A stretch of 64,000 bases of DNA. It comes from a bacterium. Lineage in GTDB: Bacteria; Lindowbacteria; 2-12-FULL-62-27. The DNA is taken from NCBI GenBank assembly GCA_016202645.1, contig JACQOF010000003.1, forward strand, positions 27,375-91,374, written 5' to 3'. A program made the position numbers and the translations under genes. Within the stretch, counting starts at the first letter, position 1, and every line of letters starts with the position of its first letter. This document shows positions 55,886-64,000 of the stretch, one piece after another. The notes below the pieces were generated by a model. The model made no database searches. It was not told the DNA's origin and was given only the letters and a program-made list of their open reading frames with translations.

Positions 55886-56821
55886 ATGCGGATTCTCGTC
55901 ACCGGCGGCGCGGGGTTTTTGGGCTCGCATCTCTGCGGCCGGTTTCTGGCGGAAGGCGAACAGGTCATCTGCATGGACAATCTTCTGACCGGAGACAAAA
56001 AAAACATCGCGGGATTTTTGAAAAATAAACGGTTCAAATTCGTCAAGCACGACGTCTCCCAGCACATCAAACTGCCCGGAGCCCTCGACTGGATCCTGCA
56101 CTTCGCGTCCCCGGCCAGCCCCGTCGACTACGCCAAATATCCGATCCCGACCCTCAAGGTCGGTTCTCTCGGGACGCACAACGCGCTGGGACTTGCGCGC
56201 GCCAAGTCCGCCAAGTTTCTGCTTGCGTCGACGTCGGAAATTTACGGCGATCCGGCCGTGTCGCCCCAGCCGGAATCCTACTGGGGGAACGTCAATTGCA
56301 TCGGCCCGCGTGGGGTGTACGACGAGGCGAAGCGCTTCGCGGAAGCCATCACCATGGCCTATCACCGCATCCACGGCCTCGACACCCGCATCGTCCGGAT
56401 CTTCAACACCTACGGCCCCCGCATGAAACTATCGGACGGCAGGCTCATCCCGAACATGCTCGTCCAGACCGTCCGGGGCGAGCCTCTCACCGTCTACGGC
56501 GACGGCAAACAGACGCGGTCATTTTGTTATGTGGACGATCTGGTCGAAGGCATCGTTCGGCTCATGAACTCGAACATCCACGACCCGGTCAACATCGGCA
56601 ACCCGGAGGAACGGACGATCCTCGATTTCGTGAAAGCTCTCGAAGGCCTCGCCGGAAAACGCCTCGCCGTGAAACACCTCCCCCTCCCGCAGGACGACCC
56701 GAAAGTCCGCTGTCCCAACATCACAATCGCGCAAAAAAAACTCGGCTGGACCCCGAGCGTCGAACTCAAGGACGGCCTCGCGCGCACCTTGACGGATTTT
56801 CGATCTAGGATAACCTCCTGA
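55886..56821 (+). CDS. UDP-glucuronate decarboxylase (UXS-like SDR)
   Basis: [43 protein letters not shown] and RIFNTYGP. Confidence 0.93.
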   Translation: MRILVTGGAGFLGSHLCGRFLAEGEQVICMDNLLTGDKKNIAGFLKNKRFKFVKHDVSQHIKLPGALDWILHFASPASPVDYAKYPIPTLKVGSLGTHNALGLARAKSAKFLLASTSEIYGDPAVSPQPESYWGNVNCIGPRGVYDEAKRFAEAITMAYHRIHGLDTRIVRIFNTYGPRMKLSDGRLIPNMLVQTVRGEPLTVYGDGKQTRSFCYVDDLVEGIVRLMNSNIHDPVNIGNPEERTILDFVKALEGLAGKRLAVKHLPLPQDDPKVRCPNITIAQKKLGWTPSVELKDGLARTLTDFRSRITS

Positions 56822-56827
56822 CCGTGC

Positions 56828-56892
56828 GTCCCCGATGCTTGGATCGGAGAGTTTTGCCATCCTTGGCAAAACTGGGTTGAGGCATCGGGGAC
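56828..56892. repeat. 65-nt nested inverted repeat
   Basis: Outer arms GTCCCCGATGC/GCATCGGGGAC; inner arms AGTTTTGCCA/TGGCAAAACT. Confidence 0.75.
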
Positions 56893-56907
56893 AATACATC
56901 CCTGTAC

Positions 56908-56983
56908 GGCGCCATCGTCTAGGGGCCCAGGACACCGCCCTCTCAAGGCGGGAACACGGGTTCAAATCCCGTTGGCGCTACCA
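56908..56983 (+). tRNA. tRNA-Glu(CTC)
   Basis: Cloverleaf from GGCGCCA; anticodon arm CCGCC-CTCTCAA-GGCGG; T-loop GGTTCAAATCC; ends in ACCA. Confidence 0.96.
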
Positions 56984-56988
56984 AATTA

Positions 56989-57018
56989 TTGACAGGTCTT
57001 CGGAACACATGTGATACT
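56989..57018 (+). promoter_or_regulatory. sigma70-like promoter, probably leaderless
   Basis: TTGACA-N18-GATACT with upstream TG; ATG at 57025 lies 6 nt downstream. Confidence 0.6.
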
Positions 57019-57024
57019 CTGATC

Positions 57025-57615
57025 ATGATCACGGTTATCAGCATTGAGCCGACGCCGAATCCCAACGCGCTGAAATTTATTGTGAGCGAATCGTTTGTGC
57101 CGAATGGCGCGACCGTCACCTATAACAGTAGCCGGGACGCCGGGGTTGATCCGCTGGGGGCGGGGCTGTTTCGGATTCAGGGTGTGACGTCGGTATTTTA
57201 TATGGATGATTTCATCACGGTCACAAAATCCGGGGATGTTCCCTGGGAGGACATCGTCGAGGAGGCGGAAGGTCTCATCGGTTCGACGGCGCCCGTGCTG
57301 GTCGACCTCGGACCCATGAGCGATCCTTCCGCGGCGGCTTCGGCCGCCCCAGCCGCGGATGGCATCGCGTTCGATGCAATGTCTGCGGAAGAGCGGCTGG
57401 GACGCATCAATCAAATTCTCGATGATGAAATCCGGCCCGCGCTCGCCGGGGACGGCGGCGGCCTTCAAGTCCTCGGCATTGCCGGCGATCGGGTCCGGGT
57501 CCACTACCAGGGCGCGTGCGGCAGTTGTCCCACCTCCACCGCGGGCACGCTCATGTATATCGAAACCCGCCTGAGGGAACTGCTCAGCGGCAAGTTGACC
57601 CTCTCGCCGGAATAG
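57025..57615 (+). CDS. Nfu/NifU-family Fe-S carrier (Nfu N-terminal + NifU C-terminal domains)
   Basis: EPTPNPNALKF, DFITVTK...W, IRPAL.GDGG and YQGACGSCP. Confidence 0.93.
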   Translation: MITVISIEPTPNPNALKFIVSESFVPNGATVTYNSSRDAGVDPLGAGLFRIQGVTSVFYMDDFITVTKSGDVPWEDIVEEAEGLIGSTAPVLVDLGPMSDPSAAASAAPAADGIAFDAMSAEERLGRINQILDDEIRPALAGDGGGLQVLGIAGDRVRVHYQGACGSCPTSTAGTLMYIETRLRELLSGKLTLSPE

Positions 57616-57633
57616 ATCCAACGCTCCGATCCG

Positions 57634-57966
57634 TTGACAGCGGCGCCGACACCCGTGGAGATCACCCGGGCGAATGTTCACGATGTGCGGATTCTCTGGA
57701 ACGACGGGCACGAAAGCGTTTTCCCGGCCCGTGACCTGCGGCTCGCCTGCTCCTGCGCGGTCTGCGTCCACGAGATGACAGGCCAGTCCCTGCTCGATCC
57801 GAAAGCGGTCCCGCGGGATGTCCGCCCTCTCAAAATCCTTCCGGTGGGACGATACGCCATCCAGATTTTCTGGAGCGACAACCACAATACCGGCCTCTAC
57901 GCTTTCGACAGTCTCCGGCGGCTGTGTCCCTGCGCCGCGTGCGTGAGCAGCGCGTCCGCCAACTAG
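57634..57966 (+). CDS. DUF971 (gamma-butyrobetaine hydroxylase N-terminal-like) protein
   Basis: WNDGH.S, LR.ACSCAVC and VGRYA....WSD.H.TG.Y. Confidence 0.9.
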   Translation: MTAAPTPVEITRANVHDVRILWNDGHESVFPARDLRLACSCAVCVHEMTGQSLLDPKAVPRDVRPLKILPVGRYAIQIFWSDNHNTGLYAFDSLRRLCPCAACVSSASAN

Positions 57967-57967
57967 A

Positions 57968-58618
57968 ATGCACCACCTCTTCCTCAATCTCGCCTACCTC
58001 TTCATGGCCGCGGCCCTCACGGTCCGGCACATGTTCCGTCTGCGTCTCCTGCTCCTGGCGTCGCAGGCCTCCTTCATCACCTACGCCTGCCTGGTCTCCA
58101 ATCTCGAAATGACGGTTTGGAACACGGTCTTCATCGCCGTCAACGTCTCGCAAGTCGTGCGGCTCTGGCGCGAGTCCCGGCCGATCGAACTGCCGGAGGA
58201 ACTCGAAAGAATGCACCAATTGGTTTTTTCGATCATGTCCCGCCGGGAATTCCTCTATTTCTGGGAGACGGGAATCATCCGCGAAGTCAATAACACGGAC
58301 CTGATCCGGGAGGGCGAGCCGCAGAAGGAACTGTCGCTGATCATCGACGGCGACGTGCGCGTGATCAAGTCCGGCCACGAAGTCGCGCATCTCACCGCCG
58401 GGCACTTCATCGCCGAAATCAGTTTCCTGACCGACGAGCCGGCCTCCGCGGACGTCAAAGCCGCCGGCCCTGTCCGATACATCGGCTGGGACCAGGAGAA
58501 ACTCTCGGCCCTGCACCAGGTCAACCGGGACCTCATGATCAAACTTCAGGCGATTTTGGGGAAGGATCTCTCCAACAAACTCAAAGTGTTGACGGCGGCG
58601 AAGGCGGGGAAATTCTGA
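57968..58618 (+). CDS. Popeye-like membrane protein with cNMP-binding fold
   Basis: Three N-terminal TMs with LR and WN.VF..VN motifs; C-terminal G.V.V...G.FIAEISFLT..PASADV. Confidence 0.8.
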   Translation: MHHLFLNLAYLFMAAALTVRHMFRLRLLLLASQASFITYACLVSNLEMTVWNTVFIAVNVSQVVRLWRESRPIELPEELERMHQLVFSIMSRREFLYFWETGIIREVNNTDLIREGEPQKELSLIIDGDVRVIKSGHEVAHLTAGHFIAEISFLTDEPASADVKAAGPVRYIGWDQEKLSALHQVNRDLMIKLQAILGKDLSNKLKVLTAAKAGKF

Positions 58619-58623
58619 GCCGC

Positions 58624-58696
58624 AGCCGGCGGGCGGAATCGAACCGCCGACCTGCTCATTACAAGTGAGCTGCTCTGCCGTCTGAGCTACGCCGGC
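58624..58696 (-). tRNA. tRNA-Thr(TGT), CCA not encoded
   Basis: GCCGGCGTAGCTCAG...GCTCA-CTTGTAA-TGAGC...GGTTCGATTCC...GCCGGCT. Confidence 0.95.
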
Positions 58697-58742
58697 ACGA
58701 GTTGAGTATCACAAAGTGCGGGGATGAAGAAAAGAGAAAAAA

Positions 58743-61700
58743 TCAGGCGACGCTGACGGGTTCTTCCTCCGGGGTGGGTGCGTCGGAGGGCGCTTCGCCC
58801 TGTTTGACGCTTAGGAGCGCCAGGATCTTCTCGGCATCCATCGGGCGGCCGTCCAGTTGCGACCTGTAGGGTTTCAGGCCTGTGCCGGCCGGGATGAGGT
58901 GGCCGATGATGACGTTTTCCTTCAGGCCCCGCAGCATGTCTTTCGATCCGCTGATGGCGGCGTCGGTGAGGACGCGGCGGGTTTCCTGGAAGGACGCGGC
59001 GGAGATGAAGCTTTCCGTCTCAAGCGAGACTTTCGTGATGCCGAGCAGGACCGGCGTGAAGGAGGCCGGCTTCTTGCCCTGCCGGATCAGAGCCTCGTTG
59101 GCTTCCTTCAGGACAAAGCGGTCGACAAGGCTTCCGATTGAAAATTCCGAATCGCCCTGGTCCTTGATCTCGACCTTCCGCAGCATCTGCCGCACGATGA
59201 TCTCGATGTGCTTGTCGTTGAGATCGACGCCCTGCCGCCGGTAGACTTCCTGGACCTCATTCACGAGATACAACATCAGGCCCTTGATCTCCTTCACGTT
59301 TAAAATATCGTGCGGATTGACGGGGCCGTCGGTCAGCGGCTCGCCCTGCTTGACTGTGTCTCCCTCGCGGACCTTGAGATACCGGCCGAGCGGGATGTCG
59401 TATTCCTTTTTGACGCCAGTTTCGGTGTTGGTGACGACGACCTTGCGGTGCCCGGCTTTGACCTTCTTGGCGTCAAACCCGATCACGCCGTCGATGTGGG
59501 AGATAAAGGCATCCTTCGGGGTCTTGCCGCGCGCCTCGAACAGTTCCTCCACGCGCGGGAGGCCGCCGGTGATGTCTTTCGTTTTGGACAGTTCGCGCGG
59601 GATCTTGGCGATGACGTCCCCGACGCGGATCTTTTTCATGTCGTCAGTCTCCAGAATACACCCGTAGGGCAGGTCATAGGTTACCGGCACCTTGCGGCTG
59701 GGCGATTCCATCGTCACGCGCGGCAGCAGCTTCTTTTCGCGGTCTTCGACAATTTCCTTGCGAATGAGGCCGGTCGACTCGTCCACGATTTCCTTGAATG
59801 TCCGGCTCTCGATGACGTCCTGAAAGAGTGTCGTGCCGTCGACTTCGGAAAGGATGGTGTCGTTGTAGGGATCGAATTCGGCGATGATGTTTCCCGCCGG
59901 CACCAACGCATCCGGATCGACATGGATGCGCGTGCCGATTTTGACATCATAGAACTGTTCGGCGCCCATCACGAGGATACTGCCCTCGCGCAGGTAAACC
60001 ACGCCGTCTTCCGGCGATTTGAACTCCTCGCCCTTGCCGCCGCCCGAAACGCCAATGACGTCGCCGCGTTTGACCCAGAGTCCGTCGAAGACCTTCGGCT
60101 TGATTTCCTTCGTCTCAAATCTCACCTTCACCTTGCGCACGGCCAGCTTGCCGTCCCGGATCACGATCCGGAAGTCCAGTTTCCCCTCCGAGCGCTCGAT
60201 GGTCCGCTCCGGGAACTCGGTGACGAGGACGTCGTAGGTGAGCTGAAGTTCGCGGGTGGCGCCGCCGACCGCAATTCCGCCGATGTGAAACGTCCGCATC
60301 GTGAGCTGTGTGCCGGGCTCGCCGATCGACTGCGCCGCGATGACCCCGACCGCCTCGCCGATGTCGGCGAGTTGGCCGGTGGCGAGGTTCCGCCCGTAAC
60401 AGAGCTGGCAGATCCCGCGACGGGACTCGCAGGAAAGCACCGACCGGATGAACACTTTCTCAACGCCCGAATCCTCGATCTTGGACGCCAGCTGTTCGCC
60501 GACCAGCGTATTGGCCTTGGCGAGAACCTCGCCGGTATCCTGATGCACGACGTCCTCCTGAAGCACGCGGCCGAGAATCCGGTCGGCGAGGGACTCGATG
60601 AGTTCCTCGCCCTCGCGAATGGCTGCGACGTAAATGCCGTCGAGGGTGCCGCAGTCGTGGCCTTCGATCACAAGTTCCTGCGCGACGTCGACCAGCCGGC
60701 GGGTGAGATATCCGGCGTCGGCGGTCTTGAGGGCGGTATCGGCGAGACCCTTGCGGGCGCCGTGGGTGGAGATGAAGTACTCGAGGACGGTAAGGCCCTC
60801 TTTGAAATTGGATTTAATCGGAAGTTCGATGATCTCGCCCGAAGGTTTGGCCATGAGGCCGCGGATGCCGGCGAGCTGACGGGCCTGGTCGATGTTTCCG
60901 CGGGCGCCGCTGAAGGTCATCATGTAAACGGGATTGAATCCGTCCTTGTCCTTGACCATCTCCTCCACCATGGCGGCCGTGATGTCCTTGGTGACTTTCG
61001 ACCAGATGTCGATCGACCGGTTGTGGAGTTCCTCCTGGGTCAATTTGCCGGCGAGGTACAGGTCCTGGTACCGCTGGACCTCGGCCTCGGCGCTCTGGAG
61101 GATGGGCTTCTTTTTTTGCGGCACGATGAGGTCGTCGAAATATCCGATGGAGCACCCCATGCGGGTGGCGTAGGTGTATCCAAGCCGTTTGATGCTGTCG
61201 AGGATCGAAATGGTGGTGTAGGCGCCGCGGCGGGTCAGGATGTCGGAAACGACGTTCGAGAGAAATTTTTTGGTCATGGTCTCGTTGACGTAGGCCTCGT
61301 CGGCCGGCAGAACGTCGTTGAAAATCGCGCGTCCGGCGGTCGTGATGTACCGGCTGCCCTTGGCGCGGAGGAAGATCCACTGGTGGAAACTGATCAGGCC
61401 GGCGTCAATGGCATGCAGGATCTCGTCCGTATCCCGGAACATGGAAAGTCCCTTCGGCGATTCGGGCTTCTGCCCCTTGGGCCGCGTGAGATAATGGATT
61501 CCCAGCACGATGTCCTGGGTCGGAGCGGCGATGCACTTGCCGTTGGCCGGCGAAAAAAGGTTGTTGGTCGAGAGCATCAGGATGCGGGCCTCGATCCGGG
61601 CGAGTTTGGACAGCGGGACGTGGACGGCCATCTGGTCGCCGTCGAAATCGGCGTTGAAGGCGCTGCAAACGAGCGGATGGAGCCGCATGGCTTTGCCCTC

Positions 61701-63056
61701 GATCATGACGGGCTCGAATCCCTGAATGCCGAGCCGGTGAAGGGTCGGCGCGCGGTTGAGCAGGACGGTGTGGCCTTCGATGACTTCCTCGAGCGCGTCC
61801 CAGACTTCGGGCGACTCGGCCTCGATTTTTTTCTTCGCTCCCTTGATGTTGTGCACCAGGCCCTTGTCGAGGAGTTTGCCCATGACGAAGGGTTTGAAGA
61901 GTTCGAGGGCCATGCGTTTGGGCAGGCCACACTGGTTGATCTTGAGTTCGGGTCCGATGACGATGACGGCGCGGCCGGAGTAGTCGACGCGCTTGCCGAG
62001 GAGGTTCTGCCGGAAGCGGCCCTGCTTGCCTTTCAGAAGATCTGTGAGGGACTTGAGGGGGCGGTTGCCGACGCCGCGGACGAGGCGGCCGTGCTGGCCG
62101 TTGTCGAAGAGCGCGTCGACGGCCTCCTGGAGCATCCGCTTTTCATTCTTGATGATGATGTCCGGCGCCTTGTGCTCGATCAGCCGCTTCAGCCGGTTGT
62201 TCCGGTTGATGAGGCGGCGGTAGAGGTCGTTGATGTCCGACGTAGCGAACCGGCCGCCCTCGAGCTGGACCATCGGCCGGAGGTCCGGCGGGATGACGGG
62301 CACGGCGCTCAGGATCATCCAGTCGGGGCTGTTGCTGGACCGCTGGAGAGCGACGCACATTTCGTAAAGCTTGGACAATTTTTTCTTCTTCTGGACGGAC
62401 CGCGATCGCTTGAGCTGTTTCCACGTGTCCTCCGCCAGGGCCTTGAGGTCGATTTCGTCCAGAAGTTTCTTGACGGCCTCGGCGCCGATGCCGACTTCGA
62501 AATTCTTGCCGTACCGGGCCTTGAGCTTCCGGATTTCCTGATCGCTTGTGACGGTAATCAGCTGTTTTTTCTTGTACTCCTTGGATGTCCCGGGATGGAG
62601 AACGACATAGTTTTCATAGTAGACAACGCTTTCGAGTTCCTTGGGGCGCATGTCGAGGAGCATCCCGATCCGGGACGGGGTGCCCTTGAGAAACCAGATG
62701 TGCGTGACGGGCACGACGAGCTTGATGTGCCCCATGCGGACGCGCCGAACCTTCGAGGTGGTCACTTCGACTTTACAGCGGTCGCAGACAATCCCCTTGA
62801 ATCGGATGTTCTTGTACTTGCCGCAGTAGCACTCCCAGTCTTTGGACGGCCCGAAAATCCGCTCGCAAAAAAGCCCTCCGGGCTCGGGTTTCGACGTACG
62901 GTAGTTGATGGTCTCGGGCTTCTTCACTTCGCCGTAGGACCACTTCATGATTTTTTCCGGCGATGCGATCCGAATCGCGATGCTGCCGAATTCCTGGATG
63001 GTCGGTTCGAACTGGGGCCGGTTTGAGGCCGGCGGGGTAAAGGGACTGCCGTTCAA
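58743..63056 (-). CDS. rpoC: RNA polymerase beta-prime subunit
   Basis: [31 protein letters not shown] and [19 protein letters not shown] before TTG. Confidence 0.99.
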   Translation of the reverse strand: MNGSPFTPPASNRPQFEPTIQEFGSIAIRIASPEKIMKWSYGEVKKPETINYRTSKPEPGGLFCERIFGPSKDWECYCGKYKNIRFKGIVCDRCKVEVTTSKVRRVRMGHIKLVVPVTHIWFLKGTPSRIGMLLDMRPKELESVVYYENYVVLHPGTSKEYKKKQLITVTSDQEIRKLKARYGKNFEVGIGAEAVKKLLDEIDLKALAEDTWKQLKRSRSVQKKKKLSKLYEMCVALQRSSNSPDWMILSAVPVIPPDLRPMVQLEGGRFATSDINDLYRRLINRNNRLKRLIEHKAPDIIIKNEKRMLQEAVDALFDNGQHGRLVRGVGNRPLKSLTDLLKGKQGRFRQNLLGKRVDYSGRAVIVIGPELKINQCGLPKRMALELFKPFVMGKLLDKGLVHNIKGAKKKIEAESPEVWDALEEVIEGHTVLLNRAPTLHRLGIQGFEPVMIEGKAMRLHPLVCSAFNADFDGDQMAVHVPLSKLARIEARILMLSTNNLFSPANGKCIAAPTQDIVLGIHYLTRPKGQKPESPKGLSMFRDTDEILHAIDAGLISFHQWIFLRAKGSRYITTAGRAIFNDVLPADEAYVNETMTKKFLSNVVSDILTRRGAYTTISILDSIKRLGYTYATRMGCSIGYFDDLIVPQKKKPILQSAEAEVQRYQDLYLAGKLTQEELHNRSIDIWSKVTKDITAAMVEEMVKDKDGFNPVYMMTFSGARGNIDQARQLAGIRGLMAKPSGEIIELPIKSNFKEGLTVLEYFISTHGARKGLADTALKTADAGYLTRRLVDVAQELVIEGHDCGTLDGIYVAAIREGEELIESLADRILGRVLQEDVVHQDTGEVLAKANTLVGEQLASKIEDSGVEKVFIRSVLSCESRRGICQLCYGRNLATGQLADIGEAVGVIAAQSIGEPGTQLTMRTFHIGGIAVGGATRELQLTYDVLVTEFPERTIERSEGKLDFRIVIRDGKLAVRKVKVRFETKEIKPKVFDGLWVKRGDVIGVSGGGKGEEFKSPEDGVVYLREGSILVMGAEQFYDVKIGTRIHVDPDALVPAGNIIAEFDPYNDTILSEVDGTTLFQDVIESRTFKEIVDESTGLIRKEIVEDREKKLLPRVTMESPSRKVPVTYDLPYGCILETDDMKKIRVGDVIAKIPRELSKTKDITGGLPRVEELFEARGKTPKDAFISHIDGVIGFDAKKVKAGHRKVVVTNTETGVKKEYDIPLGRYLKVREGDTVKQGEPLTDGPVNPHDILNVKEIKGLMLYLVNEVQEVYRRQGVDLNDKHIEIIVRQMLRKVEIKDQGDSEFSIGSLVDRFVLKEANEALIRQGKKPASFTPVLLGITKVSLETESFISAASFQETRRVLTDAAISGSKDMLRGLKENVIIGHLIPAGTGLKPYRSQLDGRPMDAEKILALLSVKQGEAPSDAPTPEEEPVSVA

Positions 63057-63069
63057 CGGGGTTCCTCCT

Positions 63070-64000
<931 letters not shown>

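Noticed and set aside
56908..58696. Integrative element between the two tRNAs
   Set aside because: No integrase, no duplicated tRNA 3' end noticed, and the genes have host-like composition.
59310..63026. 1238-aa plus-strand ORF
   Set aside because: Antisense shadow of rpoC caused by GC-biased codon usage; no motifs.

Overview
GC-rich bacterial chromosomal window from a diderm organism (TonB/ExbBD, LolA-like and LspA genes present); the lineage cannot be assigned by eye. Left: the end of a DUF5674-like gene with a small partner, a COG1373-type ATPase, and a tightly coupled 12-gene minus-strand operon (exbB-exbD-tonB-TonB receptor-ABC ATPase-two DUF3526-type permeases-PepSY-TM protein-DUF2162-MotA/ExbB-like-DUF2149-exported CobN-like chelatase). 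The operon is preceded by tandem TGC-N9-GCA boxes and is the best candidate system here, apparently for metal/tetrapyrrole acquisition. Middle: uppP, an O-methyltransferase, an FG-GAP protein, hemB, a thiolase-like/DUF35 pair, TPR proteins, deoB, asnB, an MMPL-cNMP fusion with a LolA-like partner, a YtrA-like GntR/ABC operon containing a ComEA-HhH protein with an unrecognised tandem Cys/His domain, an AT-richer block of exported enzymes and a PadR pair. Right: housekeeping genes (ileS, lspA, RluA family, rph, rdgB, ugd, UXS-like), tRNA-Glu(CTC), Nfu/DUF971/cNMP genes, tRNA-Thr(TGT), rpoC and partial rpoB. Many genes have a sigma70-like promoter 6-8 nt before the start codon, suggesting leaderless mRNAs. 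No CRISPR array, transposase or integrase was seen. All family calls come from motif recognition by eye; no searches were run.
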